Below are positions 40,101 through 51,579 of a stretch of DNA of 64,000 nucleotides, in pieces. The position numbers and the translations under genes are program-made. The notes under the pieces were generated by a model. The model ran no database searches and had not been told where the DNA came from. It saw nothing but the letters and a program-made list of their open reading frames with translations. The DNA is taken from NCBI RefSeq assembly GCF_963921235.1, contig NC_086109.1, positions 1,116,001-1,180,000 on the forward strand, written 5' to 3'. This stretch comes from Mobula hypostoma (taxonomy: Eukaryota). Positions within the stretch are counted from its first letter, which is position 1. Every line of letters begins with the position of its first letter.

Positions 40101-43100
40101 TCTTCAAACCCCCTCCCCCCCAACCTTCAAACCACCTCTCCCCCACACCTTCAACCCCCTCTCCCCCACACCTTCAACCCCCTCTCCCCCACTCCTTCAA
40201 CCCCCTCTCCCCCACTCCTTCAAACCCCCTCACCACCCACACCCTCAAACCCCCTCTACCCCACACCTTCAAACACTTTCTCCCAAACACCTTCAAACCA
40301 CTCTCCCCCACTCCTTCAACCTCCTCTCCCCCCACACCTTCAAACCCCCTCTCCCCCACACCTTCAAACCCCCTCTCCCCCACACCTTCAAACCCCCTCT
40401 CCCCCACACCTTCAAACTCCCTCTCCCCCACACCTTCAACCGCCTCTCCCCCACACCTTCAAACCCCCTCTCCCCCACACCTTCAAACTCCCTCTCCCCC
40501 ACACCATCAACCCCCTCTCCCCCACACCATCAAACCGCTCTCCCCCACACCCTCAAACCCCCTCTCCCCCCATACCTTCAACCACCCTCTCCCCCACACC
40601 TTCAACCCCCTTTCTCCCACACCTTCAAACCCCTCTCCCCCACACCATCAAACCCCCTCTCCCCCACACCTTCAAACCCACTCGCCCCCACACCTTCAAA
40701 CCCCCTCTCCGCCCACACCTACAACCCCCTCTCCCCACACCTTCAAACCACCTCCCCCCACACCTTCAAACCCCCTCTCCCCCACACCTTCAAACCCCCT
40801 CTCCCCCACACCTTCAAACCCCCTCTCCCCCACACCTTCAAACCCCCTCACCCCCCACACCCTCAAACCCCCTCTAACCCACACCTTCAAACACCCTCTC
40901 CCACACACCTTCAAACCACTCTCCCCCACACCTTCACAACACTCTCCCCCCACACCTTCAATCCCCCTCTCCCCCACACCTTCAAACCCCCTCTCCACCA
41001 CACCTTCAAACCCCCTCACCCCCCACACCTTCAAACCCCCTCTCCCCCCACACCTTCAAACCCCCTCTCCCCCAAACCTTCAAACACCCTCTCCCCCACA
41101 CCTTCAAACCCCCCTCCCCCACACCTTCAAACCCCCTCACCCCCCCCACCCTCAAACCCCCTCTAACCCACACCTTCAAACACCCCCTCTCCCACACACC
41201 TTCAAACCACTCTCCCCCACACCTTCACAACACTCTCCCCCAACACCTTCAAACCCCCTCTCCCCCAACCTTCAAACCCCCTCTCCCCCACACCTTCAAA
41301 CCCCCTTTCTCCCCACACCTTCAAACCCCCTCTCCCCCAAACCTTCAAACCCCCTCTCCCCCACACCTTCAAACCCGTGCCCTCAAACCTTCAAAACCCA
41401 TCTCCCCCACACCCTCAAACCCCCTCTCCCACACACCTTCAAACCACCTCTCCCCCACACCTTCAACGCCCTCTCCCCCACACCTTCAAACCCGCTCTCC
41501 CCCACACCTTCAACCTCCTCTCCCCCCACACCTTCAAACCCCCTCTCCCCCACACCTTCAAACTCCCTCTCCCCCACACCTTCAAACCCCTCTCCCCAAC
41601 ACCTTCAACACCCTCTCCCCCACACCTTCAACCCCCTCTTCCCCACACCTTCAAATCCACTCTCCCCCCACACCTTCAAACCCACTCGCCCCCACACCTT
41701 CAAACACCCTCTCCGCCCACACCTACAACCCCCTCGCCCCCACACCTTCAACCCCCTCTCCCCCACACCTTCAAACCCGCTCTCCCCCACACCTTCAACC
41801 TCCTCTCCCCCCACACCTGCAAACCCCCTCTCCCCCACACCTTCAAACTCCCTCTCCACCACACCTTCAAACCCCTCTCCCCAACACCTTCAACACCCTC
41901 TCCCCCACACCTTCAACCCCCTCTTCCCCACACCTTCAAATCCACTCTCCCCCCACACCTTCAAACCCACTCTCCCCCACACCTTCAAACACCCTCTCCG
42001 CCCACACCTACAACCCCCTCTCCCCCACACCTTCAACCCCCTCTCCCCCACACCTTCAAACCCCTCTCCCCCACACCTTCAAATCCACTCTCCCCCCACG
42101 CCTTCAAACCCACTCGCCCCCACACCTTCAAACCCCCTCTCCGCCCACACCTACAACCCCCTCTCCCACACACCTTCAAACCACTCTCCCCCACACCTTC
42201 AACCTCCTCTTCCCCCACACCTTCAAACCCCCTCTCCCCCACACCTTCAACCCCCTCTCCCCCACACCTTCAACACCCTCTCCCCCACACCTTCAAATCC
42301 ACTCTCCCCCCACACCTTCAAACCCACTCGCCCCCACACCTTCAAACCCCCTCTCCGCCCACACCTACAACCCCCTCTCCCACACACCTTCAAACCACTC
42401 TCCCCCACACCTTCAACCTCCTCTTCCCCCACACCTTCAAACCCCCTCTCCCCCACACCTTCAAACCCCCTCTCCCCCACACCTTCAAACTCCCTCTCCC
42501 CCACACCTTCAACCCCCTCTCCCCCACACCTTCAAACCGCTCTGCCCCACACCCTCAAACCCCCTCTCCCCCACACATTCAAACCCCTCTCCCCCCACAC
42601 CTTCAACCACGCTCTCCCCCACACCTTCAAACCCCCTCTCCCCCACACCTTAAACCCCCTCTCCCCCACACCTTCAACCCCCTCTCCCCCACACCTTCAA
42701 ACCCACTCGCCCCCACACCTTCAAACCCCCTCTCCGCCCACACCTACAACCCCCTCTCCCCCACACCTTCAAACCACTCTCCCCTACAACTTCAACCCCC
42801 CTCTCCCCCACACCTTCAAACCACTCTCCCCTACAACTTCAAACCCCTTCTCCCCCACACCTTCAAACCCCCTCTCCCCCACACCTTTAACCTCCTCTCC
42901 CCCACACCTTCAACCCCCTCTCCCCCCACACCTTCAAACCGCCTCTCCCCCACACCTTCAAACCCCCTCTCCCCCACACCTTCAAACCCCCTCTCCCCCA
43001 CACCTTCAAACCCCCTCACCCCCCACACCCTCAAACCCCCTCTACCCCACACCTTCAAACCCCCTCTCCCCCACACCTTCAAACCACTCTCCCACCACAG

Positions 43101-44399
43101 CTTCAAACCCCCTCTCCCCCACACCATCAAACCCCCTCTCCGCTACACCTTCAAACACCCTCTCCCCCACACCTTCAAACCCCCTCTCCCCCACACCTTC
43201 AAACCCCCTCTCCCCCACACCTTCAACGCCCTCTCCCCCACACCTTCAAAACCGCCCACCACCACACCTTCAACCCCCTTTCCCCCACACCTTCAACCCC
43301 CTTTCCCCCACACCTTCAACCCCCTCTCCCCCACACCTTCAAACCCCCTCTCCCCCACACCTTCAAACCCCCTCTCCCCCACACCTTCAAACTCCCTCTC
43401 CCCCACACCTTCAAACCGCCTCTCCCCCACACCTTCAAACACCCTCTCCCCCACACCTTCAAACTCCCTTTCCCCCACACCATCAACCCCCTCTACCCCA
43501 CACCATCAAACCGCTCTCCCCCACACCTTCAAACCCCCTCTCCCCCACACTTTCAACCCCCTCTCCCCCACACCTTCAAACCCCCTCTCCCCACACCTTC
43601 AAACCCCCTCTCCCCCACACCTTCAAACCCCCTCTCCCCCCACACCTTCAAACCCCCTCTCCCCCACACCTTCAAACCCCCTCTCCCCCACACCTTCAAA
43701 CCCCCTCTCCCCCACACCTTCAAACCCCCTCTCCCCCACACCTTCAAACCCCCTCTCCCCCACACCTTCAAACCCCCTCTCCCCCACACCTTCAAACCCC
43801 CTCTCCCCCACACCTTCAAACCCCTCTCCCCCACACCTTCAAACCCCCTCTCCCCCACACCTTCAAACCCCCTCTCCCCCACACCTTCAACTCCCTCCCC
43901 CCACACCTTCAAACCCCCTCCCCCACACCTTCAATTCCCCCCAACTCAACCCCTCTCCCCCCCACTCTCAACCCCTCTCCCCAACCTTCAAACCCCCTCT
44001 CCCCCACCCTTCAACCCCTCCCCCACACCTTCAAACCCCCTCTCCCCCACACCTTCAAACCCTCTCCACCCTCACCCTCCCAACCTCAACCCCTCTCCCC
44101 CAACCCTCTCACACCTTCAACCCCTCTCCCCCACACCTTCAAACCCCCTCTCCCCCACACCTTCAAACCCCCTCTCCCCCACACCTTCAAACCCCCTCTC
44201 CCCCACACCTTCAAACCCCCTCTCCCCCACACCTTCAAACCCCCTCTCCCCCACACCTTCAAACCACTCTCCCCCACAGCTTCAAACCCCCTCTCCCCCC
44301 ACACCTTCAAACCCCCTCTCCCCCACACCTTCAAACCTCCTCTCCCCCACACCTTCAAACCCCCTCTCTAACCCCACTCCCCCACACCTTCAAACCCCC
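19130..44399. repeat. 25-kb satellite of ~24-bp units, consensus CACACCTTCAAACCCCCTCTCCCC (roughly 1000 copies)
   Basis: Period of 24 measured at 26461. Minus-strand translation VWGRGGLK/FEGVGERG repeats. Almost no G on the + strand. Confidence 0.98.
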
Positions 44400-44981
44400 T
44401 GGACAGGCGATACCCCAGCAGGGGGATAAAAAAGAACAGGTTCGCTAGGGCAAGACAGACACCACGAGATCACGAGATAATGAGACCCTGGGAAAGCAGT
44501 GTCTCCCCTGGTGTGTGCGTCCGCCCTTGCCTGGGTGCCGGGTTCACCACGGAAGAACGGTCGTATCCAGAACGGAGGGGTCACAGTCGGTGACCACAGA
44601 AGGATTAAAAGGGTTCACCCGAATGCTAACTGCGAAGAACAAAGGTCTGTCTGAATCAGATTTGCATATTCTCTCTCTCTCTCTCTCTCCAAGGGCACAA
44701 ACAGCGATTACTGCGAACTGTACTAAGCTGAACTGAACTCTGCGTCACTTGAGACTGATCATTTTACCCCTAGACTGCGATAGAGCTTGTTTGATTCCTA
44801 TTACCCTAGTTCTGTGTACATGTGTGTTTTATCATTGCTAATCTGTTGCATTCGTATCCTTACGATTAGAGTACTGTGTTACTTAATTCTTTAATAAAAC
44901 TTTCTTAGTTCCAGTAATCCAGACTCCAACTAAGTGGTCCATTTCTGCTGGTTTGGCAACCCAGTTATGGGGTACGTAACA
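44400..44981 (+). repeat. 5' LTR (5'-truncated)
   Basis: Matches 48383-49049 and ends ..tacgtaaca. Lacks the first ~170 bp and has an internal deletion relative to the 3' LTR. Confidence 0.9.
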
Positions 44982-44985
44982 TAAG

Positions 44986-45004
44986 TGGGGATCTCGTCCG
45001 CAAT
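44986..45004 (+). promoter_or_regulatory. Degenerate primer-binding site resembling tRNA-Pro
   Basis: tggggatctcgtccgcaat just after the LTR, versus canonical tRNA-Pro PBS TGGGGGCTCGTCCGGGAT. Confidence 0.6.
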
Positions 45005-48000
45005 TTTGAATGCCAAATTTGGGACTGGGTAAATTGATAGGGTTAAAATTCCCGAAAGAAAGAAAGGGCAAACAGCAGAAATGGAGATTGAGGAATTTCT
45101 AAAGGCGCCAACCTTGGAGGCATTAGAGGATGCCAGGAAATCAGAATTCTGGCAACTGTGGCCAAGGACGGCTGAATCTTTTTAAGGGGAAGTCGACAAT
45201 GAGGAGAGCAGAGATACACAGAGCTATCATTGAGCATTATGTATCTAAAGGTGTGCTTCCCCAAGGGGAGCTGGAGGTGGTATCTATGGGCAAACCTGGT
45301 GGAGAAGCAGTACAGCTGCAGATGGAAAAATTGAGACTAGAGCACGGTTTCCGGGTAAAACAGCTGGAGCGAGAAGAGAGGGACAGGCAGTTAGAACGCG
45401 AAGAAAGAGAGAGAAGGAAAGGGAGTTTGAGCTTGAGAAGTTAAGGATGGCACTAGATAGGGGCCAAATGCCGAACCAAGGTGGAGGGTTCAGGGCGACC
45501 TAGGAGGTTAACCATGCCCCCCATTTGAGGAGGCTGATGTTGATCGGTACTTTCTCCATTTTGAAAAAGTTGCTGCAAGTCAGGACTGGCTGAGGGATAA
45601 GTGGGCTGTTTTGCTTCAGAGCGTACTTAAAGGAAAAGCCCAGCAAGCTTACTCGGCCTTATCCGCAGAAGATGCCCAGAGGTATGATGTGGTGAAAGAG
45701 GCCATACTCAGGATTTATGAGTTGGTCCCGGAGGCATACCGGCAGAGGTTCCGGAATGCGAGGAAGCAGTGGGGCCGCACGTATTCAGAGTTTGCCCGTG
45801 AGATGCAGATGTATTGTGAGTGTTGGTGCGCCTCGAAAGGGGTCAGTGGGGATTATGACAGATTGCTACAGCTAATACTGATTGAGCAGTTTAAAGGTTG
45901 TGTCCCTGAAGGTATGAGACCCTACCTAGATGAAAAAGAGGCAGACACCTTAGCCGCAACTGCTAAGTTAGCGGATGAGTACGCGTTAACACACAAAGCG
46001 AAGTTTACTCCGAGTAAAGGCTACCAGAAGGGTAGTCAGAGAGGGGCGGGGAGAGTCCACCAGAAGAGTCAGAAAGTAAGCCGGGGACTAGTGAGAGGGA
46101 TAAGGAAGACCGGGAGCAGTTTGGTAGGAAGTCTCCTGAGGTCGTATGCTATAATTGTGGGAAAGCCGGACACTGCACCCAGGTGCTTTGCCCCAAAGAA
46201 GGGAGAAGAAGGGGAAAGGAAAAACGGCGGTTCCGACTGGCTGTATTGAGCTGGTAAACAAACCGTTAGGAGAGGAAAGGTCTGATAAAGTTCAGGAAGG
46301 GCTCGAGAGGTTTATCTTCGGCCGGATTGGTGTTGGTGAAGGAGGGGTTAAACCCACTCCAGTGCAGATCTGGAAAGACACTGGAGCTTGTCAGTCATTG
46401 ATATTAAAGAGTGTGTTAGACTTTAGTTCAGAGACCCAGACTGGGGAGGTCAGGGTGATAAAAGGCATTGGGAAAGGGACTGAAGCAGTACCTTTGCACC
46501 AGATACACCTAAAAAGTGACTTGGTCTCTGGCCCGGTCACGATCGGGGGTGAGGCCCAAACTACCGATGGAAGACGGGGAGGTCTTACTCGGTAATGACC
46601 TCACCGGCGGAGAGGTGTACCCAGCAGTAAGATTGACAAGCCAGCCTGCCAGCATTGAGGCCCCGCCCATGGACTCACAGGTTTATTCCGTTTGCGCAGT
46701 GACTCGGCACATGTCCAGAAAGGCTGCCGAAGCGAATGTAGATTTAGCGGAGACGTTTTTACCAGCCTTGTACCAGGAGGGGTTAGAAAGTGAAAAGAAG
46801 GGGCGTACTGAACGGACGTTGAGGTAGACTTATCATTAGCAAGGAAGGAATTTATACAGGCACAGGAGCGAGACGAGGAGCTGATGGTTTTGGCGGAGAC
46901 AGCTCTCTCCGAAGCAGAATTAAAAAGGAAGCCAGTGGGCTATTATGTGAAGGAGGGAGTACTAATGAGGAAAGAGACCACGTACCGTGCCCGCAGATGA
47001 GGAATGAGGTAGTACACCAGGTGGTAGTCCCGAAAATTTATAGACGGACGAGATTTTTAACCTGGCCCACAAGATACCCCTCGGTGGACATTTTGGGGTG
47101 AGGAAAACAGTCGATAGAATCATGAAGGAGTCTTACTGGCTGCACAGGAGGAAGGATGCTATTGACTATTGTAGACGTGAGCTAACACAGTTACAGGCTA
47201 TTGATATGCTAACAGCTTGCCACGATAGGTGAGCAGACCTAGTCGGTGTTATCACGAAAATTAATGAGGCTAGGGTGCCACCTGATAAGGGGAAAACCCA
47301 TTTTGAAAAGATAAGTATGGTGCCGACCAGATGGGAGAAGTCTATTGTTTTGGCCAGCTTTGCTGATAAGGTCCCTCCCCTAAACCCCCAAACAAAGCGA
47401 CCCGCTAAGAGAGCTAATTAACCGGCATGCACACGTATGCCCGGAAGTCCCGAGGCGATGCCAAGAGCCGGGACATGGTGTTGTTGTTACACCAGGTCAG
47501 CCTAGTAAGCAACACCCCTACAGGATGATTAATTCAGTGACAAAAGGGCTAAAGAACGCAGAAGCGTATATTGGCGATTTAGTGGTCTGGAGTGACACGT
47601 GGGCGGGGCACATTGTGGCAGTAGAGGAGCTGTTTAAAAAGCTGTTTGAAGCCAGCCTGACAGTGAACCTCGCAAAAAGTGAATTCGGCCACGCGAAGGT
47701 CACTTATCTGGGATTTGTGGTAAGACAGGGGCAGCTGGCTCCGATGCAGGCTAAGGTGTGGGCTATCTCTGAAGTCCCCACCCCGACAGACAAGAGAGCC
47801 CTGAGAAGGTTCTTGGAGATGGTGGGGTACTATCGGAAGTTTTGTAAAAACTTTGCGGATATTACCCTCCCTCTTACTAAGCTCTTGCAAAAGAATGCGA
47901 AGTTTGTGCAGGACGACCCTTGTTATATTTGTGCGGGACGGAAACCACTGAGAATTGACATTGATCACAACCCATTAGTGTTTTTGGCCACTATGAAGTT

Positions 48001-48210
48001 TGCTAAGTTGGAGCCTGGTCTTAGAGGATATTAAAATAACACATATAAAAGGAATGGAAAACGTGATTGCTGACTCTCTGTAAAGGTGTTGAAAACTTAA
48101 AGTTCTCTGTATTAGTCGAATAGCTGATGACCCTGTATATTAGTGTGTATCTAATAATGTATTCATGCCTATAATTTTTACCCCAGTAAAATTCCTTTGA
48201 AGGATAGGGG

Positions 48211-49049
48211 TGTCACGGAAGAACAAGAGTATCAGAAGATTGATGCTAATGAGAGAGGTAAGTGAGACAATAGGAGAAATATTCCAAATGTTAATGAGAG
48301 AGGAGAGAGAGATAATGGAAAGAGACACCAGTCCGAGTATTGACAGACCGATTGCTTTGAACCTGAACTGTCTGAAGTTTGATGGACAGGGGCGATTGCC
48401 CAGCAGGGGGATAAAAAGAACAGGTTCGCTAAGGCAAGACAGACACCACGAGATCACAAGATAATGAGACCCTGGAAAAGCAGAGTGCCCCCACAAGTTC
48501 TGGGTGGGAGTTGGAGGTCTGGTCGTGGGAACCGACTATAGATGCACCGTGTGAAAAGGATACGATTGGTGGGAACCTGGTGTGTGTGTCCGCCCTTGCC
48601 TGGGTGTGGGTTCACTGCGAAAGAACGGTTGCTGTCCGGAACGGAGGAGTCACAGTCAGTCACCACAGAAGACATCAAAAGGGTTTGCCCGAATGCTAAC
48701 TGCGAAGAACAAAGGTCTGTCTGAATCAGATTTGCATATTATCTCTCTCTCTCTCTCCAACGGCACAACAGCGATTACTGCGAACTGTACTAAGCTGAAC
48801 TGAACTCCGCATCACTTGAGACTTATCATTTTACCCCTAGACTGCGATAGAGCTTGTTTGATACCTTATTACCCTAGTTCTGTGTACATGTGTGTTTTAT
48901 CATTGCTAACTTGTTGCATTCATATCCTTACGATTAGAGTACTGTGTTACTTATTTCTTTAATAAAACTTTCTTAGTTCCAGTAATCCAGACTCCAACTC
49001 AGTGGTCCATTTCTGCTGGTTCGGCAACCCAGTTACAGGCTACGTAACA
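48211..49049 (+). repeat. 3' LTR (complete, 839 bp, TG...CA)
   Basis: Preceded by PPT gaaggatagggg. Starts tgtcac and ends gtaaca. Contains aataaa at 48961. Confidence 0.92.
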
Positions 49050-49985
49050 GAAGAGAGACAGAGAAGGCCATTTATCATTGATGGTTTGTTTGAAAAGGAG
49101 AAAGAGAACAAGAGCTATTTACCACTGATATGTTGCTTTTGGAAGAGAGAGAGAGAGACGAAGATTAATGGTTGGACTGTCACTTTAAGGCATTGAAAGT
49201 AACTTTGGATTTCTACTGAGTTTGGAGTTGGAGACAGCATCGAGCAGCTCGAAAATTGCTATGGTGACCAAAGGCAGATTGTTGATGTGCAGTTCAAGGA
49301 CTTGTTGCCTGCTTGTGCATTTCTTTGCAGACAAAGGAAGGAGGGACTATTACAACGACAGATGATGCTCAGCACAGAGAAATAAATGAGAGGTCAGATG
49401 ATACAGACCTCGGACACATGATCTGGACACTGAATGAGCATTGTTGTGCCCGCAGAGAAAGTGGGTTTTCGGAGGATCGATCCAAATTGCTATTCCAACG
49501 GTAAAGAGGGGGTTGACTGGTGGGGAGGTGTCTGTGTGTCCACCCTTGCTGAGGTGATAGCTCCACCACAGGAAAACCGGTCCCCCTGGTTAAAGTCATA
49601 GTCGGTGACTTGTAAAGGATTTCGGAGGACGACGAGAAGATCGACGGCGTCAGCTCACCTGAAGACTCAACTCACTCTCTCTCTTTCTCTCTCTCTCCCC
49701 ATCACTACTCAACTAAATACCACGCACTGAACTGAACTGAACTTTACTCAACATTGTAAGACTGTATCTTTTTACCCCTAGACTTAAAGAAGCTTGGTTT
49801 TTCATACATATACAGTTCCACACTTACTTTTATATATAATCATTGTTAACCTGTTTGATTTATCTACATTTATATTACCGTATTGCGTAGTTACTAATAA
49901 TATATTAATAGTTTATAACAATACTGGACTCCAAAGTGGCTTCCATCTCTGCTGGTTCTTTATTCCCGTCACAGGGTACGTGACA
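49050..49985 (+). mobile_element. 3' portion of a second, related LTR (different subfamily)
   Basis: Shares motifs with the adjacent LTR (gtcggtgac, ctgaactgaact, ttttacccctagact, gactccaa..gtgg..ccat..ctgctggtt) and ends gggtacgtgaca. Confidence 0.7.
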
Positions 49986-51379
49986 CCACTGACAGATCCA
50001 ATCAAAACCCACTCCCAATGACAGATCCAATCACAGACCCCTTCCCACTGACAGATCCAATCACAACCCCCCACCGACAGATCCAATCACAACCCCTCTC
50101 CCCACTGACAGATCTAATCACATCTCCCCTCCCACTGACAGATCCAATCACAACCCCTCCCCACTGACAGATCCAATCACAACCCCCTGCCCACTGACAG
50201 ATCCGATCACAAACCCCCACTCCCACCGACAGATCCAATCAAAACCCACACCCACTGACAGATCCAATCACAACCCTCCACCGAAAGACCCAATCACAGA
50301 CCCCCTCCCACCGACAGGTCCAATCACAACCCCTCTCCCCACTGACAGATCCAATCACATCTCCCCTCCCACCGACAGATCCAATCACAAACCCCTCCCC
50401 ACCGACAGATCCAATCACAAACCCCCACCGAAAGATCCAATCACAGCCCCCCTCCCACTGACAGATCCAATCACAACCCCCCACCGACAGATCCAATCAC
50501 AACCCCTCTCCCCACTGACAGATCCAATCACATCTCCCCTCCCACCGACAGAAATCACAATCCCCTCCCCACCGACAGATCCAATCACAACTCCTTCCCA
50601 CCCACAGATCCAATCACAACCCCATGCCCACCAACAGATCCAATCACAACCCCCACTCCCACCGACAGATCCAATCACAAACCCCCACCAACAGATCCAA
50701 TCACAACCCCCCCACCGACAATCCAATCACAACCCCCCTCCCACCGACAGATCCAATCAAAATGCACTCCCACTGAGATCCAATCACAACCCCCTGCCCA
50801 CCGACAGATCCAATCACAACCCACTCCCCACCAACAGATCGAATGAGAACCCCCTCCTACCGACAGATCCAATCACAACCCCCTGCCCACCGACAGATCC
50901 AATCACAACTCCCTCCCGACAGATCAAATCACAACCTCCCTCTCACTGACAGATCCAATGACAACCCACTCCCACCGACAGATCCAATCACAACCCGCTC
51001 CCACCGACAGATCCAATGACAACCCCCCCACCGACAAATCCAATCACAACCCCCCCGACAGATCCAATCACAACCCCCCCGACAGATCCAATCACAACCC
51101 CCCCACTGACAGATCTAATCACAACCCCCCTCCCCACCGACAGATCCAATCACAAACCCCCTCCCACTGACAGATCCGATCACAACCCCCTGCCCACCGA
51201 CAGATCCAATCACAAACCCCTGCCCACCGACAGATCCAATCACAACCTCCCTCTCACCGACAGATCCAATCACAATCCACTCCCACCGACAGAATCAATC
51301 AAAACCCACTCCCACCGACAGATCCAATCACAAACCTCCACCCCACATACAGATCCAATCACAAACCCCCTCCCACCAA
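49986..51379. repeat. Minisatellite of ~30-35-bp units, core CCCACCGACAGATCCAATCACAA
   Basis: Visible tandem repetition running into the N gap. Confidence 0.95.
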
Positions 51380-51579
51380 NNNNNNNNNNNNNNNNNNNNN
51401 NNNNNNNNNNNNNNNNNNNNNNNNNNNNNNNNNNNNNNNNNNNNNNNNNNNNNNNNNNNNNNNNNNNNNNNNNNNNNNNNNNNNNNNNNNNNNNNNNNNN
51501 NNNNNNNNNNNNNNNNNNNNNNNNNNNNNNNNNNNNNNNNNNNNNNNNNNNNNNNNNNNNNNNNNNNNNNNNNNNNNNN
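51380..51579. other. Assembly gap (200 N)
   Basis: Run of 200 n; the round number suggests a fixed-size scaffolding spacer. Confidence 0.99.

Larger units (their letters stand above)
44400..49049 (+). mobile_element. Gypsy/Gmr1-like LTR retrotransposon, internally deleted and decayed (gag-SCAN, CCHC, protease, integrase N-terminus, partial RT/RNaseH)
   Basis: Two homologous LTRs, PBS and PPT. gag SCAN-like PEAYRQRFR..LILIEQF; CYNCGKAGH; protease KDTGACQSLI; integrase HHCC-region LAHKIPLGGHFGVRKT at ~47.06 kb, upstream of RT AYIGDLVV..YLGF..LRRFL at 47525-47920. Confidence 0.9.

Noticed and set aside
19123..44358. Many minus-strand VWGRGGLK/FEGVGERG (RGG-like) ORFs
   Set aside because: Translations of the 24-bp satellite, with frequent frameshifting indels.
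38889..44448. ORFs of 662, 1023 and 1569 aa (extensin/mucin-like Pro-Thr-His)
   Set aside because: Open in all three frames because the G-poor satellite rarely forms stops. They lack true ATG starts, a signal peptide and splice context.
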